Assembly: GCA_002633005.1 (NCBI GenBank)
Contig: NMRA01000038.1
Location: forward strand, 242,410 to 306,409
Reading direction: 5' to 3'
Source: Phoronis australis
Taxonomy: Eukaryota > Animalia > Phoronida
DNA length: 64,000 nt
Shown here: one piece after another, positions 53,111-64,000 of the stretch
How the letters are laid out: every line of letters starts with the position of its first letter
Numbering within the stretch: position 1 is the stretch's first letter
Notes under the pieces: generated by a model
What the model was told of the DNA's origin: nothing
Seen by the model: the letters and a program-made list of their open reading frames with translations, nothing else
Databases searched by the model: none
Made by a program: the position numbers and the translations under genes

Positions 53111-56100
53111 GTTTTACTGAAGCCTACCTTGAATGGCTTGTAATGTGCGGCGCAACGGACAGCAACTAAAGTTGCCTAACTTTCAGCATATTCCTTACGA
53201 GAAAAGCGAGATCACGTACGATCACGCACAAACACGTGAGTTAGTGAGCGAAAAGCGAGTGTTTCGCCGTTGTGCTGGAAACCCGGCTTACTAGCGTAAC
53301 CTCGAAAAGTGGCACCCACTGTAGTGAGTGGTCGGCAAGGTTGGAATGCTGAATTATGGAATAGAATCATGAATTATTAGAAAAAAGTCACTATTTCCTT
53401 TCTAAAAGCGAATGTTTTTTCACTCCAAGTACATGGCTAATCTATTGGGTCTACGGAACGCAGTCCTGTATACATCTCTGACGCTTTGGTGACGCATGGA
53501 ATTATTGACACGGAGATTTTGCGGCTAATAACTATGAGAAATACATACATATTAAGCTAATGGTTGACATAATTAATCGGTCTTTATTGCTAATCATTAC
53601 CATAAACAACGTTCCATATCTAAACACGTTTGAAACCAGTAATCCATAAGACAAGTTTTGCGCTGAGGGTCTGTAAAAGCACTTCAAAGTATGTCCAATC
53701 AATTATTTTATACTCGTTTTACTTAACATTTGGTGCGCAGCTTAGTGTCAGGAATCAAAGAATCACATAGGCACGTCGTTATGGCAAGTAATAGGATGTT
53801 TCAAAGACTGGCACGTGGTCAATAGTTAGACGCAGAATCAGACTGCGCCATTTTAATAAGAAACATACAGCGCCCGTTTTCTGGTATTGGGATGTGCATA
53901 AATACGGTTATTAAAACAGAAAAACTTGGAAGGCTCTTACGTGATTCTAAGATTCACGCGATCCAATCTACCTGATTGTAAGACGACGAATTTTTATGCA
54001 ATACGAGATTTTTTATGACATTTTTATGAACTAAAGATAAATGTCAATTATTTGTGCTCTAGTACATGGACTGTGGTTTAGGAGAATGACCGTCTAATCG
54101 ATGGCAGCTGATGACCTCAGTGGCAATTATGCACGTTTTTATATCAGGTGAACCAAAAACGTCCCCAGACTCTACTGTTTGGGAATTTCAACACTCGTCT
54201 TTGTATGAATAGAAAACTTTATGCAGGTATATTTTGTTCAAGTAAAGATAATAATTCATCAGCCTTTAACTTCTGAAAGACGTACACGCTAAAATGTACT
54301 GGTTTATATATAAGCTGTCTCAAACCTTTAAATGGATCATATGGGAATTTAACAACATTTTAGCAAAACAGCCGTATCACTGATGTTAATAACAGGCTAC
54401 TCTTCCTATTTGTCACAACGCCAACTCAAACTATGAGTATGTGACTACTTGAGAATGTTTAATACCTTATCGACATGTACAAAGACTTCACACCGATCTG
54501 CCATGAATATGAATTCACGTGACCACTAGGTTACACTCATATCAACATACAGTATTAATAAAGTGACAAAATTTCAATTGATATAAATATTCAAGGTGAA
54601 ATTTTAAAAAACCCTGCTACAGTTTCCAATTCATCTTCGTTTCAGGCAACTTTTCAATTTTTTCTTAAAAATCACTCAATTCCTATTTCTGATAGCTAGT
54701 GATGCAGAAGCGGAACATTTTAAAAGCAATCGTTGAAATCGTTTTGGAGAACAGTGCTTTAAGCATAGCATATTATGTAAGTTTCATTTGAATCCAATCA
54801 GCCATTTATGAGATATGATGTTTCAAATTTAGCCAAATTTAGACATTTTTGTAGGGTCCTTCATGATCTTAATTACAACATCAGTAAATAAAACTAAACA
54901 ATGTACAAAAGTTTCGTTAATTCATATCTGAACACACAAGTCAAACGTTTTGTGAAAGGTTGAGTGCCCGGTTGTAGCTATAAGACTATGATTTCGAACA
55001 AGACGCCGCGTTTGATATGGAAACGAAACAATGCAGCGAAACAGTCCTGTCATCTTCATCAACTGTTTCAACGAACTGTGTGTCACCAAAAATACGTCAG
55101 TTACGATTGGGCTTACGACCAATGACAAAAACCATGACTTTCTCGTGTGTTCTTTGAAGTTACCTTTGTCGCTCTGGTAAAGTATTGTATAAGTTTTCCA
55201 ACCGTAGTACTTTATGACGTCGAACAGAAACTCTCCATAAGATGAGGAGTCCGGATGAATATTTATGGAGTAGCTTGCTTTATCATGTCTTCGTCGCACA
55301 TGTGTTTCAATGTGTGGAATTTCTTTTAAATCACAAACAGACTGTACTTGTTCTGAAGCCAGGCTCGACAGCGGACCGAAAATTGCCGCCACATTCTGTT
55401 GGACGAGTTGACACACTGCAAAATAATTCACCAGGTGTCACTAAGGTAATCCTCAATCGGGTCACGGCGTAAAATTTCCCCTTTTGTCGATCAGGTGTCA
55501 CAGAAACTTTGAGAAAACACCACGCAAGGAAATTAAAACTATTGTAGAGTCAAATTTACAGGATAGGATACCATCTATAATTACAATTTCTATCCATAGT
55601 TCAAGAAAATGTCTTCATAAAAATTAGTGTAAAAGTTACAGTCTCAAGCTAGTTCACCATACAGCTCATTTCAAAAACATGACGCACACAGGTAAATCAA
55701 GAAATCAAACATGTCTATCAACTGTAGCCCTGCATGCTAACACAAAACTGCATACATCAGACCCACGTGCATGTACCTTTCACGGAAGTTGTATAGCTAT
55801 CATGCGGTGGCACGTGATCGATTACTGGGACTAGTTTCGTATGCGGAAGAATATCGGTCCGCCGGTTCACGTCTTTGATGGCGTATTCAAAGGCAAGTCG
55901 GTGATCTTCGTACTTAGTCTCAAATAGTCCCCCTAGAAAATGATAATAAAACACATCTTTACACAAAGAGCGATGTGAATACCCAAAACATCATGCAAAT
56001 GTCATCAACTTTTCGCACGCAGAGAAACCATGGTAATTGTATAATGGATGGTTAAATGTGAATTTGTGAATTTAGATATCACGTACTTAATGCAGTTAGC

Positions 56101-59100
56101 CGATGCATCGATTAGTGAGTTTGGAGATCTTCCATCTACTTGATTACCTTCCAGAAAGGCATTGACATACAATGTACATTCTGTATTGAAACTGTAAAAA
56201 CAGTCTGATTGCCACTGACTGTAAACTAATCAAATAAACAGTTTGTCACTTTAATTACGGGTTCATTGAGTTCTGCTTCGGAATGTGCACAGAAAGCTGC
56301 TAAAACAAAATGCTTCCTTTAAGAAAGAAAGATAATGATTCTACAGTAAGGGTAATCGTTGCAATTTTTTGACCGAAAGGCTTGCTCTTTGGACCCAGGT
56401 GACAAAGGAAGTAGAGATTCGACGTTGGCGTCTTGCGTGATTACGTTGATTTGTTTACTTGATCCGCTATAAAATACAGTGATTCACTCGAATGGTGTTT
56501 CCAATGCGAAGATTGTTTATCGTTTTGTTTTGATACCACTGGACCTACCAAGAAAAGCAACGTAAAAAATTGTAGCATGGCACTTGTGTTACTGAATGAT
56601 CAAATTTCCGTAGTCCATTTTGGCTTCGAACAGTTACTTAAAAACCAATAACGGTCAATATAATATCGTTAATGCAATGCTAAAATCCGCAATTACTGAC
56701 GTTAATGGAGCAAAGCGTTCACTTGAGTTTGACCTACGTTGGGCTCTGCTCCAGCTCGTTCCCATTTCTGGTGGCATGAAATTCTATAAATAGCTCTCCT
56801 TGCAATTCGACTGTTTTTTACTGAATGTAAGGAAAACTTACGAACACTAAAACTGCATGGGTCGTGCATCTGTGATGTCAACGTACTGAACTCCATTAGA
56901 AGTGGATCTTATATCAGTAACGCCGACTAAACGACGCAGAGTTTGTTACTCGAGCAGCATCGTAAAGTAATAAAGTTTAAGAGATTTATCGCAAAATGTC
57001 AGGTTGAAATAAAATTACATCCTGCTATCAGACAATGTGTCTTTTTATTTACGGAGTTTGAGTAAGTGCCGGATGTGTGTTCTCAAATTAATTTTTGCGG
57101 AGATACGAAACACCTCCAAGATAATTTGAGGCTACGAAAAAAGCCGCATTGTTCCGAATGATTTTATAAGGGTACGAGAACACCTGAAGTGTGCTGTATG
57201 AAATACTGGCAATTATATCTCTCTTTAGAAATAGGTTTGAGATCGACCCCAATTATACCACCTGTGAAATCCGTCCCAGGTAGACTGCAAGAGTGGAAAA
57301 CTTAAAGCATTAGCTAACTCATTTCAGAACTCGAATTTAATGATTTGGAGGGTCAAGATGGCCAACATCAAAGTAAGATAAAAATCAAGCGGTTTATTCA
57401 ACCAAAATAACGCCTATGAACCCCATTATTCTGACCACAAGAAGTGTTAAGCTCCATTATTTGCGACGTGTTACGGAATTAAAGTCCCACTGCAACGCCA
57501 ACTTGTAAAAGTGAAGTTGTTTCAGTTCACTCTTCAAAGTAGGCGCCTTTTTTCTTTTTTTTTTCCTGTTTTTCAATTCGGCGACTAATGTTCAACATTG
57601 TTTCAACCGAAAGAGTATATAGCCAACGCAACAATTCATGCTTGTCTCCCCTGATTTGGTTAAAAGGGACAGATAATAACTTAATAGTTAGTAGCAAGCC
57701 ATTATCCAAGACCAGTAGAATAGAAACACATACCTCTCATAATAGAATTGACACTGGAACGTGCAAAGAGCACAACGTTTTATGGCAAATAAGTGGAATT
57801 TGTCAGATGAAAAATTCTTGCAGCCACTGTTGTTCAGCAAAATGATTCTGACTTGTGGAAGGACACTAGGAAACTCAGGATAACAGGAAGTGNGCAGTTA
57901 GCCGATGCATCGATTAGTGAGTTTGGAGATCTTCCATCTACTTGATTACCTTCCAGAAAGGCATTGGCATACAATGTACATTCTGTATTGAAACTGTAAA
58001 AACAGTCTGATTGCCACTGACTGTAAACTAATCAAATAAACAGTTTGTCACTTTAATTACGGGTTCATTGAGTTCTGCTTCGGAATGTGTACAGAAAGCT
58101 GCTAAAACAAAACGTTTCCTTTAAGAAAGAAAGACAATGATTCTACAGTAAGGGTAATCGTTGCAAATTTTTTACCTAAACCTTGCTCTTTGGACCCAGG
58201 TGATAAAGGAAGTAGAAATTCGAAGTTGGCGTCTTGTGTGATTACGTTCATTTGTTTACTTGATCCTCTATAAAATACAGTGATTTCAATCGAATAGTGT
58301 TTCCAATGCGAAGGTTGCTTAACGTTTTGTTTTGATACCACTGGACCTACCAAGAAAAGCGACGTAAAAAAATGTAGCATGGCACTTGTGTTACTGAAGG
58401 ATCAAATTTCCGTAGTCCATTTTGGCTCGAACAGTTACTTAAAAACCAATAACGGTCAATATAATATCGTTAATGCAATGCTAAAATCCGCAATTACTGA
58501 CGTTAATCGAGCAAAGCGTTCACTTGAGTTTGACCTACGTTGGGCTCTGCTCCAACTCGTTCCCATTTCTGGTGGCATGAAATTCTATAAATAGCTCTCC
58601 TTGCAATTCGACTGTTTTTTACTGAATGTAAGGAAAACTTACGAACACTAAAACTGCATGGGTCGTGCATCTGTGATGTCAACGTACTGAACTCAATTAG
58701 AAGTGGATCTTATATCAGTTACGCCGACTAAACGACGCAGAGTTTGTTACTCGAGCAGCATCGTAAAGTAATAAAGTTTAAGAGATTTATCGCAAAATGT
58801 CCGGTTGAGATAAAATTATATCCTGCTATCAGACAAGGTGTCTTTTTATTTACGGAGTTTGAATAAGTGCCGGATGTGTGTTCTCAAATTAATTTTTGCG
58901 GAGATACAAAACACCTCCAAGATAATTTGAGGCTACGAAAAAACCCGCGTTGTTCCGAATGATTTTATAAGGTTACGAGAACACCTGAAGTGTGCTGTAT
59001 GAAATACTGGCAATTATATCTCTCTTTAGAAATAGGTTTGAGATCGACCCCAATTATACCACCTGTGAAATCCGTCCCAGGTAGACTGCAAGAGTGGAAA

Positions 59101-62100
59101 ACTTAAAGCATTAGCTAACTCATTTCAGAACTCGAATTCAATGATTTGGAGGGTCAAGATGGCTAACATCAAAGTAAGATAAAAATCAAGCGGTTTATTC
59201 AACCAAAATAACGCCTATGAACTCCATTATTCTGACCACAAGAAGTGTTAAGCTCCATTATTTGCGACGTGTAACGGAATTAAAGCCCCACTGCAACGCC
59301 AACTTGTAAAAGTGAAGTTGTTTCAGTTCACTCTTCAAAGTAGGCGCCTTTTTATCTTTTTTCTTCTTGTTTTTCAATGCGGCGACTAATGTTCAACATT
59401 GTTTCAACCGAAAGAGTACATAGCCAACGCAACAATTCATGCTTGTCTCCCCTGATTCGGTTAAAAGGGACAGATAATAACTTAATAGTTAGTAGTAAGC
59501 CATTATCCAAGAACAGTAGAATAGAAACACATACCTCTCATGATAGAATTGACACTGGAACGTGCAAAGAGCACAACGTTTTATGGCAAATAAGTGGAAT
59601 TTGTCAGATGAAAAATTCTTGCAGCCACTGTTGTTCAGCAAAATGGTTCTGACTTGTGGAAGGACACTAGGAAACACAGGATAACAGGAAGTGTTGTACA
59701 TAAAGTAACTACAGACGCTATGAACCTTTTGTGTGAACGCTTCCATCTTGGTTTTACAGCCAACTTTTTTACAAACTATGGGAGTCTGAACGAAGTGAAA
59801 GCATTAGACTGCCTCAGCAAGTCATTCATTATTTTACACGATGGACTCTCAGTTGCCCCTTCAGAAAACTGATTATCAGCAAGCCTGGTGGAATTCTAAA
59901 TCAGGATACATTGTTGAAGATAAAATACCATATTCCAACTTCATGGCCTGCCTTACATGAGCTCTTATTATCAAATAAATATGATGTTGTGTTCAACAAT
60001 AATGTTGTCAAAAGTCAGATAGGATGCAATTAACTATGTTTTGTACTGGACTTAAGAAAGCAAAAGGAGCTCAGTACAGAACTGACAGTGACTTTATTAT
60101 CGTAGATGCACCATACAGTGAAAGTTATCGTAGATGTACCATACAGTGAAAGTTACGCTGAGCAAACTGGGCATGGTTGCGTACATCTTACTTTCAGAAA
60201 TTTTTCGTGGATGAAGTTGAGGTCTGCTTGAAGTACTTTTGGTTGTTTTTCCAAGCGTATCATATTTGACCCATGTATATTCATTGACACATGCACGTTT
60301 TGCTCCATATACACCTGTGGTATGAATTGTAATTTCTCAAAGCGTATATAAACTTTCCCCACAGTAAACAGTACATATTACCACTTGCAATAAGCAGTAC
60401 ACGAAGACTGTTAGTCCATGACTTCTAAGTGTTCAGTCTCTGATCAGATCAGCACGTAGGTTCACAAGCCCAGCCAAGGCAATCAAGTAGTTACGCACTG
60501 ATTTTATGCTCGACATTGGAATAATGGTTCTTTAAATTTTCACTGCTTGGAGTACTCGTGGTCGTTTTTCCAACCTTATAATCTTTAAACCATGTTTTGC
60601 TCCATATACACCTGTGGTATGAATTGTAATTTCCCAAAGCGTATATAAACTTTCCCCACAGTAAACAGTACATATTATCATTTGGAATGGCCAATACAAA
60701 GACGTGGGAAGTTAATTCAAGCCTTCCAAACGTTGATCTCTTGACAGGTCAGCACGGAGGTTCACAATCCCAGCACAACCCCAGTTATCCACCGATTTTG
60801 TGCTTGACACTAGAAAAATGATACTCAAAATTGATAAAATTTTAAGTCTTCATATTGCTCCCAAATAAGCAACACAAGCAAGCACATCAGCTGAGATGGC
60901 TTTTTTCTCTGTACTGACTCGTGTGTACCTAACAGGTGTGTAATGGCGAATCAATCACGTGACTTCAGTACAGCGCTCCCAAGGAATTCGGCAGTTTCCG
61001 TAATGGAATCTATCTATAGTTTGCCATCTAATTTTGGCCTAATAAACGGTGAATGGGTCTTTAGGTTACGTATGAATTTATCAACAAAGTTGTGCATTCA
61101 GCAAAATATCTAACACAAAACTGTAAAATTTAATTCAGTTTAAGTACATATTTTCTGAAAGCAGAAACCTTTAATGCGACTATTGTCCTTATACCAATCA
61201 GCCATAGATTGAGTCACGTGGCAATGTCTTTTACTAAAGTTAGCAAAAAAGAAAGGCACATACATAACAAACCTACGGCGTCAATAGCGTGACCAAGTTT
61301 CAGTCGATAAAAATGCTTGAATGAAATCTTTAAAATGCTATTACAGTTTTTTAAGTTATCATTTCGTTTTCATTTTGTGCAATTTTTGACCATATTCATA
61401 AAAACCATCAAAGTCATATACCTGACAGTCCTTGGAAAAGTGGACCATTTTAATAACGATTCTTAGGAACGTTTTGGAGAGCAGTGCATACAGTCGTTTC
61501 CAAAGTTTGAATATTTTTTGGGTCTTACATAACCTTAAATTTTAATCAAAGGCTTTCGACGCTCATCTCTGCGTCAAACTTCCCAATCACCACACCGGAT
61601 TAAGCGCTTCCATCGTCTTTTTATACTGTATATAACCAAAAAGACTGGTTTTGGCTACTAGTTATTGTCTGCCATTTCAACAGGGATCTGAAGCGGATGC
61701 TTTAACCGCTTTTTGGTGTGACACAAATGCACCGCTTGAGGCTATACGACTGTTGGGGTCTGCAACACGTTACGACGGTGAAATCCGGGTTAAGATAAAA
61801 AAAAACATGCAAATGGCAACGTTTGAAGCTTTATTTAGACTCGCGCATGCGTGAAATGTTCAAAATGAGTAAAATAGCATTTCTACATCGAATGACATGA
61901 ATTCTTTTGTATCTTCGTTGTATATCTAACAGCACTTTTGTGAGCTCATCACAATGGAACAACCTCGGCATGTCAAGTATAACAGTTGTGTTGTTAGGAA
62001 TAATAGCCAACTCCCAAAGGTTTTACCGCGAGTTCCGTCATGCGACGTGTAATTAGCACTGTGGTATTGGTGACGATATTTTATTTTACCTACTGTTGAT

Positions 62101-62784
62101 TCAGAGTTAGAGACATATCTCGATCTACAACAAATAACAGATGTAGATTTTCTCTGAAAACAATAACAGTAAATCGTTCGTGTTGTCTTTGTATTTCGTG
62201 TGGGCAGTAACTAATTTTCTAAATGTAGAATAGTACTCGCATGTTCATTCATGTAATCATTCGCAGCTGTCTCACGACAAGCAATGTAAACATGTTGAAT
62301 AACAGATCTTGATTTTAAAAAACATTCCCCACGGCTACTTCAAGTGTGAATTTGCGTTGACGTGACTGTCTTCAGTGAATCAACACGCAGTCATGTCATA
62401 GTCAATTAAAATTAATGGAGTTAATGAACGTGTAATTCATCATTGAAGGCTCTGTTACGGCGGACTAGTACGAATTCCGTTCTATTATCCCTGCGAAAGG
62501 TAGCTTTTTAAGTATCTTATTCACGGCATACATTCTTCTAGCTGGAAACAATCCTGATAATAAAAGATACGATGGAGATGTTAATGGTGAATTAAGCGTG
62601 TTTTTTGTCATTCTGACGAACGCTTTCGTATTGTTAAGCGGTGTTAATAATTTAAAAACTTACCCACGGCAACTTCTGATGGGAATTCGCCTTCTGAAAC
62701 TTTAATATGGCTGAAGAGGCTCACAACGAAAACGGTAAGAACCTTGTCGCTTAATGTTTTCCGTCGGCCTTTGAAAGCCATCAT
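35943..62784 (-). CDS. GRIK: Gene B: kainate-like ionotropic glutamate receptor subunit, complete 16-exon CDS (2781 nt, 926 aa)
   Basis: All exon phases are compatible from ATG 62784 to TAG 35943 if one GC donor is used. Signal peptide, ATD, S1 ([12 protein letters not shown]), [40 protein letters not shown]2 and M4 are all present. Confidence 0.93.
37867..38132 (-). CDS. Gene B exon 15, S2-M4 (GSPYADVL...KWW...NVGGVFVVL...DEDK)
   Basis: ttaaag acceptor, aag|gtgagg donor. Confidence 0.92.
38718..38855 (-). CDS. Gene B exon 14 ([17 protein letters not shown]...[16 protein letters not shown])
   Basis: caatag acceptor, g|gtaaga donor. Confidence 0.92.
39785..39887 (-). CDS. Gene B exon 13 ([15 protein letters not shown]...EGLKRVL)
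   Basis: gtacag acceptor, a|gtaagt donor; SKIxTYxxMW motif. Confidence 0.92.
40911..41128 (-). CDS. Gene B exon 12, M3-S2 (GSDFAPRA...SYTANLAAF...SGASMSFFK)
   Basis: tcgcag acceptor; 3' end inferred at aag|gcaggt (GC donor) from phase and paralog alignment. Confidence 0.88.
42194..42536 (-). CDS. Gene B exon 11, S1-M1-M2 ([11 protein letters not shown]...GSLMQQ-G)
   Basis: ttacag acceptor, g|gtgagt donor directly after the Q/R-site codons. Confidence 0.95.
42563..42632 (+). mobile_element. Possible tRNA-derived SINE head
   Basis: A-box-like tagactagtgg and B-box-like ggatcgagtccc at tRNA-like spacing; no intact cloverleaf seen. Confidence 0.3.
43341..43556 (-). CDS. Gene B exon 10, S1 (EKPFTM...EGFCIDML...[11 protein letters not shown])
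   Basis: ttccag acceptor, aag|gtaata donor. Confidence 0.93.
43903..44016 (-). CDS. Gene B exon 9 (TGTWNHQTG...[10 protein letters not shown])
   Basis: atgcag acceptor, gtaagt donor. Confidence 0.9.
44406..44510 (-). CDS. Gene B exon 8 ([16 protein letters not shown]...GFEK)
   Basis: tttcag acceptor, aag|gtgggt donor; GLTG motif. Confidence 0.9.
45012..49860. mobile_element. Large degenerate TIR element in gene B intron 7 (length inflated by ~1.6 kb of haplotype duplication)
   Basis: catagtcc...ctgtggctactttcgggggg (45012-45060) versus ccccccaaaaagtagccacag...ggactatg (49801-49860); no TSD or transposase recognised. Confidence 0.5.
45238..48404. repeat. ~1.6-kb direct duplication across N46854 (probable uncollapsed haplotypes)
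   Basis: 45238-46853 nearly matches 46855-48404; one ~70-bp indel. Confidence 0.9.
50081..50239 (-). CDS. Gene B exon 7 ([10 protein letters not shown]...[13 protein letters not shown])
   Basis: ttgtag acceptor, gtaagc donor. Confidence 0.9.
50815..50982 (-). CDS. Gene B exon 6 (DIDITML...NITTFRLVD...SSIA)
   Basis: tttcag acceptor, gtaagt donor. Confidence 0.9.
51367..51420 (-). CDS. Gene B exon 5 ([18 protein letters not shown])
   Basis: ttgcag acceptor, gtaaga donor; MMTEYYH is a kainate-receptor ATD motif. Confidence 0.9.
52060..52241 (-). CDS. Gene B exon 4 (GFERFGPLV...VIDC...ILRQ)
   Basis: tttcag acceptor, cag|gtgagt donor. Confidence 0.9.
52280..52578. repeat. (CAT)n/(CAG)n microsatellite region; longer (CAG)n copy at ~53038-53109
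   Basis: Direct. Confidence 0.9.
52388..53445. repeat. ~530-bp direct duplication across N52916 (probable uncollapsed haplotypes)
   Basis: 52388-52915 nearly matches 52917-53445; CAG number differs. Confidence 0.9.
54335..54868. mobile_element. GGTTATG-family MITE, copy 3 (left boundary approximate)
   Basis: Reverse complement of 54780-54872 aligns by eye to 30243-30340, including the TTAA. Confidence 0.5.
55164..55415 (-). CDS. Gene B exon 3 ([15 protein letters not shown]...EIPHIET...QSDK)
   Basis: ttgcag acceptor, g|gtaact donor; VAAIFGP and IPHIET motifs. Confidence 0.92.
55777..55932 (-). CDS. Gene B exon 2 ([19 protein letters not shown]...TTSVK)
   Basis: ttctag acceptor, g|gtacat donor. 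Confidence 0.9.
56092..59693. repeat. ~1.8-kb direct duplication across N57893 (probable uncollapsed haplotypes)
   Basis: 56092-57892 nearly matches 57894-59693. Confidence 0.9.
60260..60780. repeat. Diverged ~300-bp tandem duplication, not on an N junction
   Basis: ~80-bp core tttgctccatatacacctgtggtatgaattg...cagtacatatta at ~60298 and ~60596; flanks diverged. Confidence 0.75.
61064..61534. mobile_element. GGTTATG-family MITE, copy 4
   Basis: ttta|ggttacgta ... tacataacc|ttaa; terminal similarity to the 30247 copy. Confidence 0.6.
62664..62784 (-). CDS. Gene B exon 1, signal peptide ([41 protein letters not shown])
   Basis: Below the ORF-track size cutoff. Basic N-region plus hydrophobic core and a strong g|gtaagt phase-1 donor; joins next exon as EVAVGGLFE. 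Confidence 0.75.
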
Positions 62785-62909
62785 AATAACCAGCTTTAAC
62801 TCCGCAAGTAGCACATATCATCTATCCATTTCCTACCTCTATCACGGCTACCGTTGATAGAGAGTCATCTTGCATAGATTTGCATTAGTCTCCTAAACAC
62901 CATCGCGTT

Positions 62910-62921
62910 AGCGCATGCGCA
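62910..62921 (-). promoter_or_regulatory. NRF1-type GCGCATGCGC palindrome ~130 bp upstream of the gene B ATG
   Basis: Motif match only. Confidence 0.3.
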
Positions 62922-64000
62922 TATCATGCTGCATGAAGATGCGGTTCGCCGCAGTTCGTGTGTTCCAGATCAAAGTGAAGAACTTCAAGCAAAGTAGACT
63001 GGTGGGCTATAATGAGTTTACCTGAAAATGAAATTAATATAATACAGGTTTCTAAATCTATTGAAAAAAAATCCGTAGTCGGAGAATCTCACACAATAGC
63101 GGATAGGGCAACCCCGGGGGGCCCGCTTCCGAAAAATCCTAACCGATGCAACACCTTGACTTAGGTATAAAAAAGATATCCGTCGAATTCCTCCAGTCCG
63201 TTCTCTAGTCAAAATTATTACTCGGCATGAAATAGGTCTACCATAGTTATTCTTAGTACGCAGAGGCTTAAACAATATCTGAAAACATAACTATCGTGAC
63301 CCTAACACACGCGGCGGGGGGTGGTACCGGTCACAAAGTCCGGGGCTATACCCATGAAAGAGGTGCGACAGGTGCCGCACAGCTTTTTCACGACCAGTTT
63401 CCTTAGGAAAAGGGTACCTCTTTCGGCATATTTACCTACTAAGTCCAACAGTCCCCGACCTGCGAAGGAGTTAGTATGAAACAAAACTCAACAAAAAGGG
63501 GATTTTTCATAAAACCTTTTACTAAATGTGCCCCCTTTGTCGAATACACTCTACGAAATGGGTGGGTATCCTAGTTGTTTTCAGACTGCACCGCCCTCAA
63601 AAAATATAATCAGGCCATGGAGAGCATTGCCTAATATACATGCCTTCCCGGGGTGACCAGTTAGGCTTGTGATCTACATTACATGAACGTGTACATGCAA
63701 GACTTGTCTCAGTGTGAATAGGCCTTTTGCGAGTTTATAACAATAACGCGAGATTATGTGAGACTTAACTGTGACGTCACGGGAAGTGGGGCAAAAGCTT
63801 GTCGTTTGGTCATTTGCCCAATACGGTAGCAGAGTGTATTCTGTTATTGTCTTCGAGTTTTTAGCCGTTTAGTTCGAAAAATGTCCAAAAAGCATTGCTG
63901 TTATGGCAAATGAACTTCAGATTCGCACTACAATACGTTCTATCGCGTTCTGTACTAATTTCGTCCCGTGTATTTTAAACGGGCGGTAGGCGAAATCCGC

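Noticed and set aside
52249-53169. PolyQ, polyS and His-rich ORFs
   Set aside because: Translations of intronic CAG/CAT microsatellites, doubled by a haplotype overlap.
59380-59750. Possible hAT dimerization-domain relic on the minus strand (VPVS..ER-like)
   Set aside because: Needs frameshifts and stops, and the similarity is too short to support without a search.
1-64000. CRISPR array, operon or prokaryotic defence system
   Set aside because: Spliced eukaryotic locus with no regularly spaced repeat-spacer array and no long intronless gene cluster.

Overview
AT-rich, intron-containing eukaryotic DNA from an invertebrate-like, apparently heterozygous draft assembly. It holds two convergent (tail-to-tail) paralogous ionotropic glutamate receptor genes of the kainate-like (GRIK) type. 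Gene A (+) has 13 visible coding exons at 9851-28456; its signal-peptide exon was not found and the start of one S2 exon is lost at an assembly N. Gene B (-) is apparently complete, with 16 exons at 62784-35943 (2781 nt, 926 aa). Introns carry many non-autonomous DNA-transposon (MITE-like) elements, two of them nested, and one intact THAP-domain ORF cut by a gap. Four apparent tandem duplications each sit on a single-N junction and are probably uncollapsed haplotypes. I found no prokaryote-type system and cannot claim a new biological system. The best lead is that the paralogs differ sharply at the ligand-binding-domain dimer interface: gene B naturally carries Ala at both kainate anion-site residues (GluK2 K531 and R775) while gene A keeps them. 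Gene B also seems to need a GC-AG intron and has an intron right after the Q/R site that gene A lacks. Exon boundaries and alignments were read by eye.
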